In this document: piece after piece, positions 17,889 through 29,032 of the stretch
Numbering within the stretch: position 1 is the stretch's first letter
Layout: each line of letters begins with the position of its first letter
Assembly (NCBI GenBank): GCA_016198885.1
Contig: JACQHV010000225.1
Span: forward strand, 1 to 37,694
DNA: 37,694 nucleotides
Reading direction: 5' to 3'
DNA from: Gammaproteobacteria bacterium
Lineage (GTDB): Bacteria; Pseudomonadota; Gammaproteobacteria; Eutrophobiales; Eutrophobiaceae
Notes under the pieces: model-generated
Database searches by the model: none
Seen by the model: only the letters and a program-made list of their open reading frames with translations
Told to the model about the DNA's origin: nothing
Position numbers and translations under genes: made by a program

Positions 17889-19181
17889 TCATGCCTGATC
17901 CTGCTCCCGCGCTACCGCCCGGTAGCCGATATCCCTGCGATAAAACATTCCGTCCCAGTTGATCTTTGCAATGGCCTGATATGCGGCCTTCTGCGCCTGT
18001 GTGACGTTTGCGCCCAGAACAGTTGCACAAAGCACACGTCCACCGGCTGTTACGATCTGACCATCTATTACCGCAGTTCCCGCATGAAATATTTTTACAT
18101 TTTCAGGGAATGCACTGTTGAGACCGGTGATGACATCACCCTTGGTGGCGCTCACAGGATAACCGGCTGAAGCCAGCACCACCCCTAACGCAGCGCGTTT
18201 ATCCCACTCAGCATTGACTTCATTTAATTTTCCATCCAGAGCAGCAACACATAATTCCACCAGATCACTTTTCAGGCGCATGATAATCGGTTGTGCTTCC
18301 GGATCACCAAAGCGGCAATTAAATTCCAGTACCTTCGGTGTGCCGTCGGGGGTAATCATCAAACCAGTATAGAGAAATCCCACATATTTCCGTCCTTCTT
18401 CTGCCATTCCACGGACAGTGGGTGCAATGACATCGCGCATTATGCGGTCATGAATGTTTCTGGTAATAACGGGTGCGGGTGAGTAGGCGCCCATTCCACC
18501 CGTATTAGGTCCTCTGTCGCCATCATCACGCGCCTTGTGGTCCTGTGAGCTCGCAAGCGGAAGAATATGTTCGCCATCCGTCATCACAATAAAACTCGCC
18601 TCTTCACCCGAAAGAAATTCCTCGATGACAATACGCTGCCCGGCCTCCCCGAATTTATTACTGGAAAGCATATCGGTTACAGCGGTGATAGCTTCCTGTT
18701 CGTTCAGTGCGATAACTACACCTTTACCGGCGGCGAGACCGTCTGCCTTTATGACAATCGGAATGCCTTTATCGCAAATATAGCGGATGGCTGGATCAGT
18801 TTCCGTAAAGATCTGATAGTCCGCGGTTGGAATCTTGTGGCGTTTCAGAAATTCCTTGGCAAAGGATTTTGAGCCCTCAAGAACAGCGGCGGTTATTGCA
18901 GGGCCGAAGCAACGCAGACCTGCCGCGTCAAATGTATCAACAATGCCCGCAACGAGAGGCGCTTCGGGACCGATGATGGTCAGATCAATTCTTTCTTTGC
19001 GCGCAAAGGCAACCAGTCCATCAGTATCCTCGGCACTGATAGCGATATTGGCAAGTTTATCCTCCGTCGCTGTTCCCGCATTTCCTGGCGCAACGTATAC
19101 GATCTCGACCTGCCTGGACTGGGCCGCCTTCCATGCCAGGACGTGTTCACGTCCTCCTCCACCGACAACAAGTACATTCAT
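17889..19181 (-). CDS. purD: phosphoribosylamine--glycine ligase
   Basis: 430 aa with MNVLVVGGGGREH, GPNTGGMGAYSP and EFNCRFGDPE. Confidence 0.95.
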   Translation of the reverse strand: MNVLVVGGGGREHVLAWKAAQSRQVEIVYVAPGNAGTATEDKLANIAISAEDTDGLVAFARKERIDLTIIGPEAPLVAGIVDTFDAAGLRCFGPAITAAVLEGSKSFAKEFLKRHKIPTADYQIFTETDPAIRYICDKGIPIVIKADGLAAGKGVVIALNEQEAITAVTDMLSSNKFGEAGQRIVIEEFLSGEEASFIVMTDGEHILPLASSQDHKARDDGDRGPNTGGMGAYSPAPVITRNIHDRIMRDVIAPTVRGMAEEGRKYVGFLYTGLMITPDGTPKVLEFNCRFGDPEAQPIIMRLKSDLVELCVAALDGKLNEVNAEWDKRAALGVVLASAGYPVSATKGDVITGLNSAFPENVKIFHAGTAVIDGQIVTAGGRVLCATVLGANVTQAQKAAYQAIAKINWDGMFYRRDIGYRAVAREQDQA

Positions 19182-19184
19182 TTT

Positions 19185-20747
19185 TTAATGCAGGAAATGT
19201 CTGATATTTGTGAAGACCATCGCAATATCATGCTCATCCGCCGCCTGTACCACTTCCTTATCACGCAGGGAACCGCCTGGTTGAATCACTGCCCTGATCC
19301 CTGCCTTGGCAGCAATATCAATACCATCACGAAATGGAAAGAAGGCATCTGAAGCCATAACTGCTCCTTCAATCTTCAGTCCTGCATCCTCTGCCTTGAT
19401 TGTTGCGAGGCGTACACTGTAGACCCGGCTCATTTGACCGGCTCCGATTCCGATTGTGTGATTATCTTTCGCAAAAACTATGGCATTGGATTTAACATAT
19501 TTCACAACCGTCCAGGCGAACATCAGATCGTCAAGCTCCTTATCCTTTGGAGATCTTTTTGTCATAACCTTCAAATCAGATGTTGTTATCCTGCCGAGAT
19601 CATTGTCCTGTACCAGCAAACCGCCACTAACTCGTTTGAGGTTCAGTTGCCGGATTACATATTCTCTTTTACCTGCAACCAATACCCGGATCCCCGATTT
19701 TTCAGCAAGCACCTCAAGCGCCGCTTTATCTACAGCAGGCGCAATGATGACCTCAACAAACTGTTTATCAATAATGGCGCGGGCAGTTTGCTTATCCAGT
19801 TCATGATTAAAGGCAATAATTCCGCCGAAGGCCGAGGTCGGATCGGTAGCGTAGGCGCGTTCGTAGGCATCGAGAAGATTTTTGCAGACGGCAACACCGC
19901 AGGGATTGGCATGTTTCACAATGACACAGGCCGGTTTCTGATATGACAGCACACATTCAAGCGCGGCATCGCTGTCCGCGATATTGTTGTAGGACAATTC
20001 CTTGCCCTGGAGTTGTCTGGCGCTCGCCAGGGTTCCGGCAGGTGGATGCTGTTGTGTATAAAATGCGGCTGTCTGATGCGGGTTTTCCCCGTAGCGCAAT
20101 CTCTGCTGTCTGATAAATTGTGTCGTATAGGTCAGCGGATAATCCATATGTGAACCGTCTTTATCAACCGAGCCAAGATAGTTAGATACATTGGCATCAT
20201 AGTTTGCAGTATGGGCAAAGACCTTCTGCGCAAGATAAAAACGTGTTTCGTCAGAGAGCGAACACTTATTTGCCTTGAGTTCCTCCAGGACTTTTGGGTA
20301 ATCACTTGCATCGACAATAACACCGACAAAGGCATGATTCTTGGCAGCCGAACGCAGCATGGCAGGTCCACCGATATCAATGTTTTCAATGGCATCGGCT
20401 AGCGTACAATCCGGTTTGCTGATTATGGTTTCAAACGGATAAAGATTCACGACCACAAGATCAATAGGTTCAATGCCGTGCTGTTTCATAACGGCATCAT
20501 CCTTGCCGCGCCTGCCCAGTAACGCACCATGAATCTTTGGATGCAGTGTCTTGACACGCCCATCCATGATCTCGGGGAAACTGGTATAGTCAGAGACTTC
20601 AATAACCTTGATACTATTTTCGGCCAGTAATTTCGCTGTACCACCAGTTGAAAGAATTGTGACACCGAGCTTTGTCAGGTCCTGACAGAAAGCAACCACA
20701 CCATTTTTATCAGAGACGCTGACCAGCGCACGTTTAACCGTTACCAT
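19185..20747 (-). CDS. purH: bifunctional AICAR formyltransferase / IMP cyclohydrolase
   Basis: 520 aa with [21 protein letters not shown] and [10 protein letters not shown]. Confidence 0.95.
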   Translation of the reverse strand: MVTVKRALVSVSDKNGVVAFCQDLTKLGVTILSTGGTAKLLAENSIKVIEVSDYTSFPEIMDGRVKTLHPKIHGALLGRRGKDDAVMKQHGIEPIDLVVVNLYPFETIISKPDCTLADAIENIDIGGPAMLRSAAKNHAFVGVIVDASDYPKVLEELKANKCSLSDETRFYLAQKVFAHTANYDANVSNYLGSVDKDGSHMDYPLTYTTQFIRQQRLRYGENPHQTAAFYTQQHPPAGTLASARQLQGKELSYNNIADSDAALECVLSYQKPACVIVKHANPCGVAVCKNLLDAYERAYATDPTSAFGGIIAFNHELDKQTARAIIDKQFVEVIIAPAVDKAALEVLAEKSGIRVLVAGKREYVIRQLNLKRVSGGLLVQDNDLGRITTSDLKVMTKRSPKDKELDDLMFAWTVVKYVKSNAIVFAKDNHTIGIGAGQMSRVYSVRLATIKAEDAGLKIEGAVMASDAFFPFRDGIDIAAKAGIRAVIQPGGSLRDKEVVQAADEHDIAMVFTNIRHFLH

Positions 20748-20840
20748 AAATCTTTACAGTTAACTTGAGAGGACACATAAAAATTTCTCTGCATAAGCAA
20801 TACGTCATCTGACCTATGGCTTTTTGCAGGGGGGGTATAT

Positions 20841-21122
20841 TCAATCGAGACCGTATTTCTTCAGGCGGCTGCGCAAAGTGCCCCGATTCAGACCAAGGAC
20901 CTGTGCCGCCTTGCTGACATTGCCACGGGTTTTATGCATCACAACCTCGATCAGGGGCTTTTCCATCTGCGCTAAAAAGAGATCGTAAAGATTGCTGGGT
21001 TCATGACCGTCCAGATCAGTAAAATAATTTTCCGTCGCCATGCGAACATTATCACTGAGACAATGCTGATTACCACGGTGGGATACGCTTGATCCTACTT
21101 TATGTGTTTTTGCTGCTGTCAT
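20841..21122 (-). CDS. fis: DNA-binding protein Fis
   Basis: 93 aa with the C-terminal HTH GNVSKAAQVLGLNRGTLRSRLKKYGL. The start overlaps the dusB stop (ATGA at 21122..21119). Confidence 0.92.
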   Translation of the reverse strand: MTAAKTHKVGSSVSHRGNQHCLSDNVRMATENYFTDLDGHEPSNLYDLFLAQMEKPLIEVVMHKTRGNVSKAAQVLGLNRGTLRSRLKKYGLD

Positions 21123-21865
21123 GCTGCTAGTTCTTGTGCTTTTTGTCCGGAAAAATAACCACGCACAATTTGTAATTGTTCAATTGCTGTTTCAGCCTTG
21201 TTCACGAGTGCTCGAAACAGCTTTGCATCGCGCTTGTTCTTACAATACCAGCCAATATGCTTCCGCGCTATACGTACACCCATATACTCACCATAAAACT
21301 CATACAGGTTTTGCAGGTGACTCACCAAAATGTCACATATTTCATCCATGGAAGGCGGTCTCAGAAATTCACCAGTAGCAAGATGATGGGCGATCTCCCG
21401 GAAGATCCAGGGATTACCTTGTGCAGCACGTCCGAACATAATACCGTCTGCACCGGTGTATTGCAGTACCCTTGCAACCCGCTGCGAAGTTGTTATATCA
21501 ACATTCTGTAACAAAGCGGACCCGGTCATGACATTGCATACCTTCTTTGCCGGACAACCCATATTGATATCAATTATTTCGGCGCCGTTGTTCACCTTGA
21601 ATTGCGCGGCCCCGGTCATTTTCCCTGGGTCCGCCGCCCATGCAATTTGTATGGTGTGTGAAGAATTTTCGCCACTGTGATCCGGCCGGTGTTGTGTTTT
21701 CCGACTGCTCCAGAGGGCTGCGTTGGACGTTACCATTTCAGACACTGCAAGACCCGCGCCTGGTTTTCTGCATAATTGCCTGAAGGGTCTGTCGGTTACA
21801 CCGGCCATAGGTGCCAGGATTAGATTATTTTTTAATATATGAGGTCCTATTCTCAATAACCACAC
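21119..21865 (-). CDS. dusB: tRNA-dihydrouridine synthase B homolog with an apparent in-frame internal deletion of about 80 residues (possibly non-functional)
   Basis: The N-terminal part (RIGPHILKNNLILAPMAGVTDRPFR, IDINMGCPAKKV, GSALLQ) and the C-terminal part (YTGADGIMFGRAAQGNPWIFREI, ARKHIGWY) are colinear with E. coli DusB. The product is only 248 aa against about 320-340. The likely true start is the TTG at 21856 (MRIGPH...). Confidence 0.8.
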   Translation of the reverse strand: MWLLRIGPHILKNNLILAPMAGVTDRPFRQLCRKPGAGLAVSEMVTSNAALWSSRKTQHRPDHSGENSSHTIQIAWAADPGKMTGAAQFKVNNGAEIIDINMGCPAKKVCNVMTGSALLQNVDITTSQRVARVLQYTGADGIMFGRAAQGNPWIFREIAHHLATGEFLRPPSMDEICDILVSHLQNLYEFYGEYMGVRIARKHIGWYCKNKRDAKLFRALVNKAETAIEQLQIVRGYFSGQKAQELAA

Positions 21866-21982
21866 CGCTTCTTTTGATTATGGCGGCTGAATATAACAAG
21901 GTGCACATCTTAACGATAATTGAAACCGGATAAAAGATGATTTAACAACTTACATATAATCAACAAGAATAATTGAACTGCG

Positions 21983-22840
21983 TCACAGAAATCGAAACTC
22001 AAAACTCACAGCGCCATCGGTTGGTCCGGTAACTTCCAGGACAAAATGAATTGGTTGTTCAGGCAGCATACCATCATTAACGGCAATACTTTCATCAAGA
22101 TATTCACCCGGTGTAAATTCCCTGAATGCAATAATCTGGCCATTGGTGCCAAACAGGGTAAATTGTATGCGCGGGAATGGTTGTATTGTATTGGCGCGGT
22201 TGGCCATGGTCGCATTAACCAGCAATGAATCGGAATAAAGTGGGTGCAGACGTACGTCACGATTGAGAATTTCGATGGCTGAAACATTTCGTTGCCTGAA
22301 CAATTCGCAATGCAAACGCTCGCATATCTGCTTCGCCCAGGGCGTGATCTCAGGGTATCGCCGCAGGAAATAATCCCGGTTAAACCAGGCAAGTTGTGCT
22401 GCGATAGCAATAATTAATAACACAGCGCCCAGGCCCCAAATCAGCGTGCCTGGTTTATTGCGCGGTGGTGCACGCTCTTCCAGTAATGTTTCCTGGATTT
22501 CACCGGGAAGATCATCAATATTCAGTGGTAATGGAAAATCCGCACCGGCTTGTGTCCCGGGTGCGGGTGATTTCAGCACCGGTTTATGAACCGGGATTTC
22601 AAATTGTGGTTCGTGTTCAAATGTTTGACTGGCAGGTTCTGGTGGGAGTGTTTCCGCGGCCGGGCCCGACAATTCGCTCGCATACTTCATATCCTGCATT
22701 GGCAGCGGATTGTCACTTAATCGTTCGAGGGAATCAAACTGCTGGCCACAAAAACCGCATCTGACCTGACCTTTGGCTGCTGCCAGCTGATCTGCACGGA
22801 TTCGGTATTGTCTGTTACAGCTTGGGCAGGAGGTAAACAT
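21983..22840 (-). CDS. zinc-ribbon (MJ0042-type) plus DUF3426-like membrane protein
   Basis: The N-terminus is CPSCNRQYRIRADQL...VRCGFCGQQF, followed by one TM helix and a C-terminal beta-rich domain. It occupies the conserved slot between prmA and dusB seen in Pseudomonas. Confidence 0.75.
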   Translation of the reverse strand: MFTSCPSCNRQYRIRADQLAAAKGQVRCGFCGQQFDSLERLSDNPLPMQDMKYASELSGPAAETLPPEPASQTFEHEPQFEIPVHKPVLKSPAPGTQAGADFPLPLNIDDLPGEIQETLLEERAPPRNKPGTLIWGLGAVLLIIAIAAQLAWFNRDYFLRRYPEITPWAKQICERLHCELFRQRNVSAIEILNRDVRLHPLYSDSLLVNATMANRANTIQPFPRIQFTLFGTNGQIIAFREFTPGEYLDESIAVNDGMLPEQPIHFVLEVTGPTDGAVSFEFRFL

Positions 22841-22861
22841 TTGTTCAGTGGCAAATCATTA

Positions 22862-23755
22862 TCATATATCGATAAATTTTCTTACTCCGTGCAACAGCGA
22901 CCATTCTCTGCGATAAACAGGTTTTTCCATGTTAAACCAGCTTTGATAAGCCGCCAAACACTCTTCTGCCTCGGTCTCCAATAAACCTGATAACACGATA
23001 TCGCCTCCGGGCAACACCAGCCTCGATAATATTGGTGCGAGTTCCTTGAGTGGGCTTAATAACACATTAGCAAGCAGAACATTGACTGCCGGCAATGTAA
23101 CTCCATCAGGATGGGCTATTGTGATACGCGCAAGTAAATGGTTGAGTTCTGCATTTGCCCTCGTGGCCTGTAATGCCTGCGGGTCGATATCAATTGCAAA
23201 GGCATGTTGCGCCCCAAGACATAATGCAGCCAGCGCCAGAATACCTGAGCCACAACCATAATCAATTACAAGTTTGCAGTTAATATCATGGCCGGCAAGC
23301 CAATCAAGGCACATTGCTGTGGTGTCATGTGAACCTGTGCCAAAGGCAAGACCAGGATCAAGGATAATATGGTATTTCGTATCGTCTGGTGGCGTACACC
23401 AGCTTGGACAGATAAACAATCGCTCACTGAAGATCTTCGGGCCCTGGCCTTGTTGGTATGCATTGACCCAGTCCTTGTCCTGCAACAGATCAATACGGTG
23501 TTTCAGGATATTGACGGCACCGACACGGTTATTCAGACATACCAGCAAGGTATCAAGATCAATATCTTCATGCAGCAACGCGGAGACACGCGTACGATCC
23601 CATAATATGACATTCTCATCCATGTCTTGTCCGAACAGGGGTTCATCGCTTAATGCTGACAGACTGACTGAAATTGCCCCGTACCTTTCCAGCAATTCAG
23701 ATAATCGTTCAGCGCTCTCCCTGGTGCTTTCCAGAGATAGTTGCAACCAGGCCAT
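22862..23755 (-). CDS. prmA: ribosomal protein L11 methyltransferase
   Basis: 297 aa with DPGLAFGTGSHDTT and the SAM-binding motif DYGCGSGILA. Confidence 0.93.
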   Translation of the reverse strand: MAWLQLSLESTRESAERLSELLERYGAISVSLSALSDEPLFGQDMDENVILWDRTRVSALLHEDIDLDTLLVCLNNRVGAVNILKHRIDLLQDKDWVNAYQQGQGPKIFSERLFICPSWCTPPDDTKYHIILDPGLAFGTGSHDTTAMCLDWLAGHDINCKLVIDYGCGSGILALAALCLGAQHAFAIDIDPQALQATRANAELNHLLARITIAHPDGVTLPAVNVLLANVLLSPLKELAPILSRLVLPGGDIVLSGLLETEAEECLAAYQSWFNMEKPVYRREWSLLHGVRKFIDI

Positions 23756-23792
23756 AGTTTATGTGAATGTTGAAAGGTGATTTGTAACTGGT

Positions 23793-25136
23793 TTATTTCA
23801 GGCCGAGTTTGTTTTCCAGATAATGAATATCCGTACCGCCTGAGATATAAGCTGAATCATGCACCAGCTTCTGATGCAACGGTATATTGGTTTTGATGCC
23901 CTCAATTACAATTTCGGACAAGGCCATGGACATGCGGGACAATGCCAGTTCACGGGTATCGCCATGCACAATCAGTTTGCCAATCATTGAATCATAATGC
24001 GGCGGCACCTTGTATCCTCCATAGATATGCGTATCAACCCGCACACCCAAACCACCCGGAGGATGATAGTGTTCTATCGTGCCTGGTGATGGCATAAAGG
24101 TTTCCGGGTCTTCGGCATTAATACGGCATTCAATGGCATGTCCACGGATTTGTACATCATCCTGACGATAACTTAATTTTTCACCGCTTGCGATGCGCAG
24201 TTGTTCCCTGATGATATCAATTCCTGTCACCATTTCCGTAACTGGATGTTCCACCTGTATGCGTGTATTCATTTCAATAAAATAAAATTGTTCGTCCTGA
24301 TATAGAAATTCGAAGGTTCCCGCACTCCGGTATCCTATCTGGCGACATGCACTGACACAGCGTTCGCTTATTGTGCGCCGTATCTTCCTGTGGATTCCCG
24401 TGGCAGGCGCTTCTTCTATAACTTTCTGGTGACGACGCTGCATGGAACAATCGCGTTCACCGAGAGAAATGACATTACCATGCTGATCAGCCAGGACCTG
24501 TACTTCGATATGTCTGGGATGGCTCAGATATTTCTCCATATAGACAGCATCATTATCAAATGCGGTCTTTGCCTCTGATCGTGTAATTGAAATGGCGTTA
24601 CGTAATGACGCTTCACTGTGCACGACGCGCATACCGCGTCCACCTCCACCGCCTGCAGCCTTGATAATAACAGGGTAGCCAATATCCCGGGCAATCCTGA
24701 AATTCTCATCCGGATTATCACCTAGCGGCCCTTCTGATCCGGGAACACACGGGATACCGGCCTTTTTCATGGCGAAGATGGCTGAAACCTTGTCTCCCAT
24801 CAGGCGGATGGTCTCTGCTTTCGGTCCAATAAATATGAATCCGCTCTGTTCGACGCGTTCGGCGAAATCGGCATTCTCTGACAAAAACCCGTACCCGGGA
24901 TGTATGGCAACAGCATCGGTGACCTCAGCGGCACTGATTACCGCCGGGATATTAAGATAACTTTCCGAGGATGCTGACGGTCCGATACATACTGATTCAT
25001 CAGCGAGAAAAACATGTTTCTGGTCTCTATCCACCTCGGAATAGATCGCAACTGTTTTGATACCCGATTCCCGACAGGCACGCAAGATGCGCAGGGCAAT
25101 TTCACCACGATTTGCAATAACAATTTTTTCCAGCAT
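23793..25136 (-). CDS. accC: acetyl-CoA carboxylase, biotin carboxylase subunit
   Basis: 447 aa with [27 protein letters not shown] and [14 protein letters not shown]. Confidence 0.96.
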   Translation of the reverse strand: MLEKIVIANRGEIALRILRACRESGIKTVAIYSEVDRDQKHVFLADESVCIGPSASSESYLNIPAVISAAEVTDAVAIHPGYGFLSENADFAERVEQSGFIFIGPKAETIRLMGDKVSAIFAMKKAGIPCVPGSEGPLGDNPDENFRIARDIGYPVIIKAAGGGGGRGMRVVHSEASLRNAISITRSEAKTAFDNDAVYMEKYLSHPRHIEVQVLADQHGNVISLGERDCSMQRRHQKVIEEAPATGIHRKIRRTISERCVSACRQIGYRSAGTFEFLYQDEQFYFIEMNTRIQVEHPVTEMVTGIDIIREQLRIASGEKLSYRQDDVQIRGHAIECRINAEDPETFMPSPGTIEHYHPPGGLGVRVDTHIYGGYKVPPHYDSMIGKLIVHGDTRELALSRMSMALSEIVIEGIKTNIPLHQKLVHDSAYISGGTDIHYLENKLGLK

Positions 25137-25239
25137 GAATTCTATTCAGACGGTAATCAAAAATTATCTCTGGTTTATTATTTTTAAGGTAATCGGCAAA
25201 GTTCCGGAAAAATGAATTGAAGGGATTTCAGATAAAATT

Positions 25240-25701
25240 TTACGAAATTACGAATAATGGCTGACCATATTCTACAGGTTCTCCATTCTCTGCGAGAATC
25301 TTGCTTATGACCCCACTGGTATCTGCCTCGATCTGATTCATGATCTTCATGGCCTCGATAATACATATTACATCGCCTTTAGCCACGGTTTGTCCTTTCT
25401 CAACAAATGGGGGTGCCCCGGGTGATGGCGATAAATAAAAGATACCCACCATGGGTGATGTAACGATATGGCCTGTCTCTTCCGGCAGTGCGGGTTCACT
25501 TACCGGTTTGGCAGAAACAGTCGTCCCGACAGCGGTTGTCTGCGTTGATTCAATATGGCCGGGTACCTGAACAAATGTCTGGGTTGCTCCGGAGCTATGA
25601 CGACTGATACGAACGGATTCTTCTCCCTCGTGTATTTCTATTTCGGATATAGCCGACTGTTCCAGTAATTCGATCAGCTTTTTTACCTTGCGCAGATCCA
25701 T
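25240..25701 (-). CDS. accB: acetyl-CoA carboxylase, biotin carboxyl carrier protein
   Basis: 153 aa with a Pro/Ala-rich linker and the biotinylation motif EAMKIMN. Confidence 0.95.
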   Translation of the reverse strand: MDLRKVKKLIELLEQSAISEIEIHEGEESVRISRHSSGATQTFVQVPGHIESTQTTAVGTTVSAKPVSEPALPEETGHIVTSPMVGIFYLSPSPGAPPFVEKGQTVAKGDVICIIEAMKIMNQIEADTSGVISKILAENGEPVEYGQPLFVIS

Positions 25702-25719
25702 TGGTTATCCTGTGTCAGT

Positions 25720-26163
25720 TTAACGTCCGGCAAGCCGTTGCACGGCAGCCTGCATGGCCAGCTCATAGCCAAGCGCGCCCGTACCACTGATGACAGCGAC
25801 AGCAATATCGGAGAGATAAGAACGCCTGCGAAATTCTTCACGGGCGAATACATTCGATAAATGCACCTCGATAAACGGTGTCTTGACGCTGAGAAAGGCG
25901 TCACGCAGCGCAATGCTGGTATGCGTAAATGCCCCCGGATTGATAATAATGAAATCAATCTTGTTCTTGTTGGCCGACTGAATTTGATCCACCAGTTCAT
26001 GTTCGGCATTACTCTGAAAACAGGTCACAATATGGCCGTCACTTTTGGCCCGTTGCCTGATACGCTCGTTGATCTCTTCCAATGTAGTGGTGCCGTAAAC
26101 CTCGGGTTCACGTTGACCCAGCAAGTTCAGGTTTGGCCCATGCAGCACCAGAAAATTTGCCAT
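25720..26163 (-). CDS. aroQ: type II 3-dehydroquinate dehydratase
   Basis: 147 aa with [18 protein letters not shown] and [10 protein letters not shown]. Confidence 0.95.
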   Translation of the reverse strand: MANFLVLHGPNLNLLGQREPEVYGTTTLEEINERIRQRAKSDGHIVTCFQSNAEHELVDQIQSANKNKIDFIIINPGAFTHTSIALRDAFLSVKTPFIEVHLSNVFAREEFRRRSYLSDIAVAVISGTGALGYELAMQAAVQRLAGR

Positions 26164-26288
26164 AGCATATGCTCGTTGTTATTACTATGGAGATAAGAAC
26201 AATTAACAGCATATTAACAGAAGATTCCACCAAAATCGATCATTTTCACATGGCAATGATCGGCCCGATTGCAGTGGAGAGTATTGAT

Positions 26289-26852
26289 TTATAAGAGCGA
26301 GGTAATGACGCGCTCGGCATCCGCCGCCTGGAGCGGACCGGGTTTGATAAATGCGATATGGGACTCACGGTTGATAATGACCGTGTAGGGTAATGCACCA
26401 AAATAATTGCCATATTGTGTTGCAACATCGATAACTTCTTCCTCGCCAACCAGGATCGGGTAATTGATACCCAAGGTAGTGGCGAATTCACGCACATCCC
26501 TGGCCTGTTGCAGGGCGATGCCGATGAATTGCAACCCCTGATCAGCAAACTTCTCCTGTAATTTGATAAATTCCGGAATCTCATCACGACAGGGCGGGCA
26601 CCACGTGGCCCAGAAATTTATCGCCACTACCTTGCCATCCCATTCTGTCACATTATGCATTGCACCATTCATATCGGGCAGACTGAACTCTGGACGCAAC
26701 CGGCCGATGATATCTGTACCTGACCTGCTGATCGTAACGTTGGTGTTGGTCTGATTCGTATCCGCCTGAAATGATCGGTGTACCTTAAACCCGATAACAC
26801 CGGACAGGATGGCAATAATCAACCCTATTCCGATTAGCCTGGTTTTTTTCAC
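26289..26852 (-). CDS. TlpA/ResA-like periplasmic thiol:disulfide oxidoreductase
   Basis: N-terminal signal anchor and a thioredoxin-fold CxxC in WATWCPPCRDEIP. It overlaps the dsbD stop by 4 nt. Confidence 0.85.
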   Translation of the reverse strand: MKKTRLIGIGLIIAILSGVIGFKVHRSFQADTNQTNTNVTISRSGTDIIGRLRPEFSLPDMNGAMHNVTEWDGKVVAINFWATWCPPCRDEIPEFIKLQEKFADQGLQFIGIALQQARDVREFATTLGINYPILVGEEEVIDVATQYGNYFGALPYTVIINRESHIAFIKPGPLQAADAERVITSLL

Positions 26853-28702
26853 AAGGCTGTTGCCTCTCTAACATGCTGAACAAATACCTCAGACTCAACA
26901 AATCCGATTAGCCGAAAGGCCTTGCGCTCTTCTCCATTGCCAAAAAACAGGATCGCAGGCGGACCAAAAAGTTCAAATCTCTTTAACAAGGCATTGTCAT
27001 TTTCATCATTGGCTGTTACATCTGCCTTGAGCAAAATCACATCCTGTAATACCTGACGCACTTCAGGATCCGGGAAGGTTAATTTCTCCATCTCCTTGCA
27101 TGTGATACACCAGTCTGCATAAAAGTCCAGCATCACTGCCTTGTCCTTCTCTGTGGCGACAGCGAGTACACGATCCAGATCATCCACACTCTTGATCCTG
27201 ACAAACACAAGCTGTTTTATTTGGCCTGAATTCGTTGCGATCCCCTGCAGGGGCCTGAAGACATCCTGACCACCGCTTGCCGCACCAACGATGAGGGCTC
27301 CGCCATAGACCAGCATCGCAAGTCCCAGTCCTTTCCACAATCTCTGCCAACCAGCATCTGGATCAAGTCTGTCGAGCGCGCCCATATAAATAGCAGTCAC
27401 AATGAATAACAACGCCCACAGCATTAGAGTCACAGGACCGGGTAATACGCGTTCAAGAAACCAGATCGCCACGCCGAGCATGATGACCCCGAATACCCTT
27501 TTAATACTTTCCATCCATGCCCCGGCCTTCGGTAGTAACTTGCCGGCAGATGTCCCGATAATGATTAATGGCGCACCCATACCAAGTCCCATCGATAACA
27601 GTGCGAATCCACCCAGCACTGCATTACCCGTCTGGCTGATATATAACAGGGCGCCTGCAAGTGGAGGGGCGACACACGGACCGACAATAATAGCCGACAA
27701 CAACCCCATTACAGATGCGCCTCGAAGACTATTCCGTTCTTGACTATTACCTGCAGCAGACAGGCGGCTATGCCAACTACCCGGTAATTGCAACTCATAG
27801 AAACCAAACATCGACAAGGCCAGCAGGACAAAAATCCCGCTAAAAACAACAATTGCCCAGGTATTTTGTGATGCGGCTTGCAGATTAAAATGAAATGAGC
27901 CCGCTATTACCCCCAGTACAGCATAGGTGACAGCCATCGCCAACACATAGGCCAGAGATAAGAAGAATGCGCGCTGGTGGGTAATATGATCACCCTGGCC
28001 AATGATGATACCGGAAAGGATAGGAATCATGGGGAATACACAGGGCGTCAGTGCCAACAACAGACCAAAACTGAAGAAGGTCAGGATATTCAACAATACA
28101 TTGCCGTCTTTCAGACTTTGGGTGATCGAATCCTGTCTGGAGATTACCTTTCCGCCTGGTCCCTGATCCATTTTGGTACCGGTTTCGGCCGCCATAGCAG
28201 GTGCAGCGACTGACTTAAGGAGTAATGAAACTGTCTTGCTGATGGGTGGATAACAGATTGCATCTTCCTTACATCCCTGATATCCAATAACGAGTTCTAC
28301 CGGTGTGGCATTCCTGCCCTGACGGACGGGTGTTAACGTTATCTCTACATCATGCCAAAGCACTTCGACGTCACCAAATACAGGATCATGTTTGAGAACA
28401 CCGCCGGGTATGGCAACTTTACCCAGTGCAACATTGCCCCCCTTGATGGCAAAATTGAATTTATCCTGATAAAGATAGTAACCGTCCGCAATCTGCCAGC
28501 GGACGATCACCCTGTCCGCAGCTGGCACTTCGGTGGACATTATGAAGGCCTCGTCAGGATTGAGAATTTCCGTTTCCCCGGATGAATTATTCCCTAGATC
28601 ACTCAAAAACCTGACGAGCTGATCATTCAGATCTGCATGAGAAACGTCTGGCCATGTAATGAGAACTACACATGCCAGCAAGATGTTTCTTGCGTTAAAC
28701 AT
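26849..28702 (-). CDS. dsbD: thiol:disulfide interchange protein DsbD
   Basis: 617 aa. It has a signal peptide, an N-terminal periplasmic domain, a polytopic core with Cys motifs LTPCVFPMIP and GPCVAPPL, and a C-terminal thioredoxin domain ADWCITCKEME. Confidence 0.92.
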   Translation of the reverse strand: MFNARNILLACVVLITWPDVSHADLNDQLVRFLSDLGNNSSGETEILNPDEAFIMSTEVPAADRVIVRWQIADGYYLYQDKFNFAIKGGNVALGKVAIPGGVLKHDPVFGDVEVLWHDVEITLTPVRQGRNATPVELVIGYQGCKEDAICYPPISKTVSLLLKSVAAPAMAAETGTKMDQGPGGKVISRQDSITQSLKDGNVLLNILTFFSFGLLLALTPCVFPMIPILSGIIIGQGDHITHQRAFFLSLAYVLAMAVTYAVLGVIAGSFHFNLQAASQNTWAIVVFSGIFVLLALSMFGFYELQLPGSWHSRLSAAGNSQERNSLRGASVMGLLSAIIVGPCVAPPLAGALLYISQTGNAVLGGFALLSMGLGMGAPLIIIGTSAGKLLPKAGAWMESIKRVFGVIMLGVAIWFLERVLPGPVTLMLWALLFIVTAIYMGALDRLDPDAGWQRLWKGLGLAMLVYGGALIVGAASGGQDVFRPLQGIATNSGQIKQLVFVRIKSVDDLDRVLAVATEKDKAVMLDFYADWCITCKEMEKLTFPDPEVRQVLQDVILLKADVTANDENDNALLKRFELFGPPAILFFGNGEERKAFRLIGFVESEVFVQHVREATAL

Positions 28703-28705
28703 GAA

Positions 28706-29032
28706 TTATTTTGTGTTCTGGGTTATCCAGTGAAGATAGCCTTCCAGGCCTGCATTGATAGGGACAGCTATTATTTCGGGAAGTTCGTAGGGATGCAGGG
28801 ATTCAATCTTCTGTTCAACTTCCGGATAACGGTCACGGGTTGTTTTAATCAGCAGCAAATATTCTTCAGCGAAATCGACTTTATTACCCCACCTGAAATA
28901 AGACTGTATCCCTGGAAAGATATTGACACATGCGGCAAGGTTATTTGCGACCAGATCCTGGGCGATCTTCTTGGCCGTGATTGATCCGGGGCAGGTGGTA
29001 AGAACCAGCACTTGTTTTATATCCTGACTCAT
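28706..29032 (-). CDS. cutA: divalent-cation tolerance protein CutA
   Basis: 108 aa. LAACVNIFPGIQSYFRWGNKV...IKTT...HPYELPEII parallels E. coli CutA. The cutA-dsbD order matches E. coli. Confidence 0.92.
   Translation of the reverse strand: MSQDIKQVLVLTTCPGSITAKKIAQDLVANNLAACVNIFPGIQSYFRWGNKVDFAEEYLLLIKTTRDRYPEVEQKIESLHPYELPEIIAVPINAGLEGYLHWITQNTK

Noticed and set aside
25137-25239. Unusually long (103-nt) accB-accC spacer
   Set aside because: I found no ORF, strong hairpin or repeat apart from a trivial GATTACC duplication. It is probably just a longer linker or an internal promoter region.
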